Position numbers and translations under genes: made by a program. Of a stretch of 64,000 nt of DNA, positions 58,839 through 64,000 are shown one piece after another. Numbering within the stretch: position 1 is the first letter of the stretch; each line of letters begins with the position of its first letter. The DNA is from Amphiscolops sp. MND2022 (Eukaryota): positions 48,732,001-48,796,000 of the forward strand of contig OZ076414.1 of the NCBI GenBank assembly GCA_964187785.1. Reading direction: 5' to 3'. The notes beneath the pieces were generated by a model, which was given only the letters and a program-made list of their open reading frames with translations, was not told where the DNA came from and did no database searches.

Positions 58839-60855
58839 AAACTCCTGAAAGTCTATAAACTCTTAACAGAACCTTGCATGTTCTTGAAACCATTTTTAAG
58901 GGTTTGCCAATATTCTTACCAAGATCACCAAGGAAATGTACTGTCTGGTGAGACCTTTCCATAAGTTTCACGAGGAATACCGACAAAAGTGTAAAAAAGA
59001 ATAAAAACAAAAAAACACCTAGAAACGATTACCAATTAGAAGTTTATGAGCTTCGCCGCAACCAAATAAAGAAGATCTTCTCACGGTTCTCAAGAGTGAA
59101 AGGGGATATGTAAAACTATGGAAGATCTTGGCCATATCTACAGAATAATTTGCACTGGGTGGCCTAAAAGTGCACAAATCATTGAGCATCTTCGAGGTCA
59201 TTAGCATTTCCTCTCAAACAGTAACTACTTATTGCGCAGCATAAACTAGCGCACCTTGAACTCTTCAACGATTTTTTTTCCGTTATGTGACGTGATATAA
59301 ATCAGCGTCATCTTCACCGTGCAATTCGACTAACGGTGATTACATAAGTTGAATATTTGAGCAATCAACGCTTGAAAACAAAGTGATCGAGACGATGAAG
59401 AAGTAGGAATATTTTCAAAATTGATCAAAGTAGTGAAAGCTGGATTGTAATCCTACGTAATTTTTCCAAGCAGGATCCCGGAATTTTCCATATTTCGTTT
59501 TCAAAAAATAGCCTTGTATTATGAAAATGGCATGGAAAATTTCATAGCAGATTTAATTTACCAGGAATAGCATGCCGAGGGTAAACTGGAAAAGTCCATC
59601 AGGTTTGTTTTGTATCACTTCAATTTTCACAGAAGGAAATTTTGGCTCAACACACACAATATGGTGGTTATGTATGATGTAACTTGAACTGATGATTGAA
59701 CGACTGGCCTAAAAACAAAAAAACAGTGGGGTAGACTCACTCGAAACCTGAGCTGCAGACTAACTCCTACAGACCTACTCTGCTACTTCAGAAGTTTGAA
59801 CGCTTTTAAGAAATGCTTCTAAAATTACGTAATCCCTCGTGATTGTTTTCTCTGACGTCACGATTCATACGTCATCTGGTCAACCTCGGGGTTACGTAAT
59901 CAGTGCACTTCAAGATTAGGCAATAATACCAAAATTAGCCTTCGGGGATCATTATTTGCTCTCTTTTTAATAGTCTTTTTTTCACACACACGAATTTTTA
60001 TATATTTTGTAGTATTGAATCAACTCGGCCACCAAAGGCTTTAGCTCGCGAAATTATCGACCAGGATTTGATAACATTTTGAACGGCACAGCAATTCGAG
60101 ACACTTGCCGCGTAATTGTTTTGTGTCAAAATTTAATGACTTCTTTTAATCTCGAATCTGTGGTTCGGGTTATTGCCACATCAATTAATCGGCACTGTAT
60201 GTCGCTATATTGGACAGGTTTTTAATTGATGCTGCAAAAGTGCATCCTGCATTAATCACTTGCAGAACGTGAAGCAATAAAAGGTAAAAAAAAGTAAGAA
60301 AAGTGAGTTTTTCTGAGCGAATAAATTTTAATAATCTTTTCGTTTCGCTTCGTTGCATAGCCTTCAAACTGCGTGAAATCTTTTTCTCCCAAAGGATTTG
60401 GGAATTCAAACCCAGTCGGCGTATCAGCAACGCAATAACAGCTCTGTTTGTCGAAAACTGGGTTAGTTTACTTTTAATTTATTCATCCAAATATAAATTT
60501 CAAGCACAATTTCAGGCGAAATTAGGATGGGTTCCTAGGGTTTCTGCTTTGCGGGGAGGCTTGATAGTAATTTTTCATTTTATCCTACCAAAACAGCCTT
60601 ACGAGTAGCTATGGCCTACTTCTTTTCCGTAGTCCAAAGCTTCTATCAGGAATTAACAACAATAAACATCAAAATTTGGAGTTGTACATTTATATCAATT
60701 TTTAAGTTACCACTTTTTGGAGATGTAGATTTTTCATCTCAGATCATTTTTCTGAGACAACGTGAAAGTTTAAATGTTCACAAATGTAACTACAACATGC
60801 AAATTTTCAGCTGACAAGACAAAATCATCTTTCAAATTAAAGTTCGCCGTAGAAA

Positions 60856-61627
60856 TGTAACGGCAAGCTCTGGTACAGCAATATCAACCGATTTTGCAAC
60901 TTTGACATGTTCAGAAACTTTGTCAAAAATTCTAATCCGATGTGTGACGTGGCACTGAGCATGTGATTGCTCTTTTCGCTGTTTCCACGAAATTGGCAGG
61001 TACTTCGACAACAAAGAGCAAGAACGAGCAAAAACACGGGCGCGCCGCCATGACAGAAGCCAGAGACGGCAAGAACATCCGAAAATAGACTCTTTTGAGG
61101 TGCTAACACCGGTTTTATCGATTTTCAGCATTATGCTACCCTATGTAGCGGAAACCGTAAAAATGAGTCTTTTCGCCTAAAGATCCTTGTTTGGTGCTTG
61201 GAGCCCCTGCGCCCCAGCTTTTTAGCTGTGTGGTTTGCCATATTCGTGCCCGTTTTCAAGTATTTTCAATGATTTTAGCTGTATTCAGTAGCGCTAGCGC
61301 TAGTTTAGATCTTAGTCCCCAATTTTAGATCTTATTCACATGTCACCCTGGAACTGGAAATTTACCTTATTCTTGGCATTGTTTTTATATGCTAGTTAAG
61401 CGGTGGTCTTTAGAGAGCCAGAAAGATGCCCGTTATTATTAGCAATCAAAGACTAGGACCGGTTGGACAGTATTCGTCGAAGCACCCGCGGCCCCGGGAC
61501 GTATTTCACCCCTGAAGGCAAAATGGATCTGTGGCGATGGGCGCCTGTCCCGAGCGATCCACCCATTCCTGCAGGTTCCTCCACCTCTGTTAACGTGTTA
61601 AGCGACCGATAACAGCTTGCCGTTACA
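60856..61627 (+). mobile_element. TGTAAC...GTTACA family element (TSD AAA)
   Basis: Perfect 14-bp TIR TGTAACGGCAAGCT / AGCTTGCCGTTACA, with AAA on both flanks. Confidence 0.85.
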
Positions 61628-61802
61628 AAAGCTTGTACAGTATTTTGAATTCAATCAATCTTAAAAAACAGAAAGTTAATTCAAGGCAAATCTACGCAGT
61701 CAAAAATTGATTCAAACTTGAAGTTGCAAAATTACTTCCCTCTTCAACAATATACTCGCTATCTTTCCCACCGTCAACTTGATTTGAACCACGTACAAAG
61801 AG

Positions 61803-63145
61803 AAACAAACCGGGACCGGCCCAAGTCAGCTGCCCGCTCAAGCTTCAAAAAACCAAGTTTCCTAAATATGCAAAGGACACTTCTGTTGAAACTTATCAAT
61901 TTGGTGTCCGGAAATTACGCCCAAGGAAATTACGCCCAAACGTAAATTACGCCCAAACGTAAATTACGCCCAAACGTAAATTACGCCCAAACGTAAATTA
62001 CGACCAAGGAAATTACGATAATGTAATCAGCTATGCTCACATACTTCTAGTGCCCTAAATGCAGGAGCGAAGCGAAGCGGAGCGACGTGCCATATTGCCA
62101 TGCTTCAATGTTGCTACTTGACGAAGGGAGCGAAGCGACCGTGCCATTCAACAAACATGCTAACCTCTTCAAATAATAACCTTAAAATAATCGCTGCTTT
62201 TCGCTTTGAATAGCTAAATTTCCTTGGGCGTAATTTCTGTTTGGGCGTAATTTCCTTAGGCGTAATTTCCTTGGGCGTAATTTCCTTAGGCGTAATTTTC
62301 TTGGGCGTAATTTCCTTGGGTGTAATTTCCTTGGGCGTAATTTCCTAGAACCATCAATTTCTCAGTGCCAAAAAACCCCCCAAGTGTATGCATAAGACTT
62401 GACTTGGGAACCACTTTTTACTCAATCCATTTTCGAGAATTATTTTTTTTCATTTTTTTTGGAAAAGTCTCAGTGCCAAAAAAGGAGCTTCCAGATCGCA
62501 AAACAACTTATTCTTCTGGCGAAATCAGCTAAGAAAGCACGAGGGGTACCTTTTGACCAAATGGAAGTTTCGGAAAAAAAGCCGAAAGAATGCTGAAGAA
62601 GGTTTTTTTCCACTATCATTAAGAATACTCATCAGTTCCACAGGATTAAAGAAAAAAGAAACACAGAGGTCACTCTCAAGTTTCGAGAAACATGTTTCCT
62701 TGAAGAAAACCTCAAAAAACTAAAATATGTGAAAAAAGCTTCATTTTTTCCTCTTTTTTAACTTGCTTCAGGTGCATAGTGCCGATAAAACCTAAATTGG
62801 CCATCTATGTGGCAAAACGCTGTTGTTTCTATTGAAAATCGAGGAAGAAGGTTAGATTTGAGGAAAAACTGAAAAGTCGCATAGTCCCGGAAAAAAATTC
62901 TAAAGGGGACCGACACTTTGGTCACCCCTTACTTTTAGAAACATCAAAAAAATTAGTGCGAGACTTAAACCTACGTCCCCTGCTTCTCAGACATCGTCTC
63001 AGACCTTCTCAGAAATCCGCCTTAACCTCTGCGCCAGGTTGAAGAATTTTTAGTGAAACTACTTTTACTAGCTCAGGTGTATCAAAAACTCACGAAAAAT
63101 GATTACTATAGTCACTCTTTTCTGAAGAAAAGCGCGGACTAAAAA
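61803..63145 (-). mobile_element. Diverged HINE/Helentron-like element carrying a MITE insertion
   Basis: AAACAAACCGGGACCGGCCCAAGTCAGC matches the end of 5937-6715. Hairpin end TAGTC...GGACTAAAAA at 63109-63145. Internal CTCAGTGCCAAAAA repeats. Confidence 0.6.
61903..62352. mobile_element. MITE with GG...CC ends, 8-bp TSD ATCAATTT and tandem-repeat TIRs (Merlin/Mutator-like)
   Basis: ATCAATTT at 61895-61902 and 62353-62360. Arms are built from AAATTACGCCCAAGG / AAATTACGCCCAAACGT units, inverted between the two ends. Confidence 0.8.
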
Positions 63146-63250
63146 CAAACAAAAAAACTATAAGTCGAGCAATAAACGTTCATTATATTTCAAGATGCAG
63201 TGTTCTAGCCTGTTGTTGAGATAATTTAAAAGAAAAATGTTGCGAACAAT

Positions 63251-63890
63251 TGTAACGATAAGCGCTGGCGCTTGAACCGCAACTTAGAATGGAGGAACCA
63301 AAGCAGCGAATAGGATCCGGGACCTAAATCTCCGCGGCCCTGGCTCATTTTCCCTCCGAAGGAGCCAGTCCCAAGGTGGGGGAACCGTCTGGTAAGAAAC
63401 TCTCTGGCCTGGTCCTAGTCTGTAATAGAAGGTTGAACCATAGTATTGGAGAATCTGATAAAATCGACATCGCCAAATTGGGTAAATACAGATGTTAAGG
63501 GGCAGCTCTCGAGCATATCAATTTACTGCAAGGAAAAACATCATAAAATCAAGAGTTCGAGTCATTTGATGGAAATTGACCTCGGCTTCCCAGCGCTAGC
63601 GCTAGCCACCACACAGGACACCGCAGGGATCTTTAGGCAAGCATCTGGAATACTGGTTTCTGCTACTAAAGCAATGTCAATCTCCCAGGGATGGGCACAA
63701 TACCGTGTTCTGCAAATGGAATAGACGTCTATGCAGTCGTCTCTTGTGCTCGTTTTTTGCGGGCGGCGCTTTTCTGCTTTTTGCCGTACGATTTCTGACA
63801 GGTCTTTCACCTTTAACATGTTTGGGTGCCACGTCAGATCTTGAACGAATTTTTGCATCGAAAATTCCGTTATGGGCAGTTGCCGTTACA
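63251..63890 (-). mobile_element. TGTAAC...GTTACA family element (TSD AAT)
   Basis: TGTAACGATAAGC at 63251 and TTGCCGTTACA ending at 63890. AAT on both flanks. Shares GTGCCACGTCA and GGAGGAACC modules with the other copies. Confidence 0.8.
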
Positions 63891-64000
63891 AATTCAACTG
63901 ATTTTCATCACTTGGTGAAAAGAACTCGATGTGTTTCGAAACTTATTGTTAAGAGCTTTCACACTCTGCCACGTGCAGTTTTGATGACGACATCTCAGGA

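Noticed and set aside
61920-62340. CRISPR-like repeat array
   Set aside because: Repeats are contiguous without unique spacers and form the TIRs of a TSD-flanked MITE in eukaryotic DNA.
63446-63858. ORFs of 92 and 98 aa as genes
   Set aside because: They lie inside a 640-bp non-autonomous element and are not conserved in its sister copies.
382-63858. Remaining 60-140 aa ORFs in the six-frame track
   Set aside because: They are antisense or alternate-frame shadows of the real ORFs, or chance frames in repeats, with no motifs.

Overview
AT-rich eukaryotic (probably invertebrate, inferred from TE types) DNA made almost entirely of transposable elements. I recognise no intact host gene. (1) A 16.8 kb Gypsy/Metaviridae LTR element (31100-47879, 5-bp TSD GCCTT) is inserted into the 5' LTR of an older, decayed BEL/Pao element (~30714-56453). 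The Gypsy element is unusual. Gag starts ~580 nt inside the LTR and reads through the PBS. It carries a four-exon antisense gene with a BED-like zinc finger and a hAT-transposase-like C-terminus, an extra sense ORF before the 3' LTR, and three clusters of a CpG-containing motif (TATACGTCATTATGCGG). (2) A ~13.2 kb imperfect palindrome (8945-22132, 117-bp loop) has patchy arm identity and decayed gene-like cargo, including three copies of a PC4-like ssDNA-binding ORF. (3) One CR1/L2-group LINE has both ORFs intact. (4) Several non-autonomous DNA transposon families can be delimited from TIRs and TSDs: four TGTAAC...GTTACA elements with 3-bp TSDs, three CCC...GGG elements with 2-bp TSDs, three Helentron/HINE-like elements, an 8-bp-TSD MITE and a Tc1-like MITE. 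Identity values are by-eye estimates. Protein family calls come from motif recognition, not database searches.
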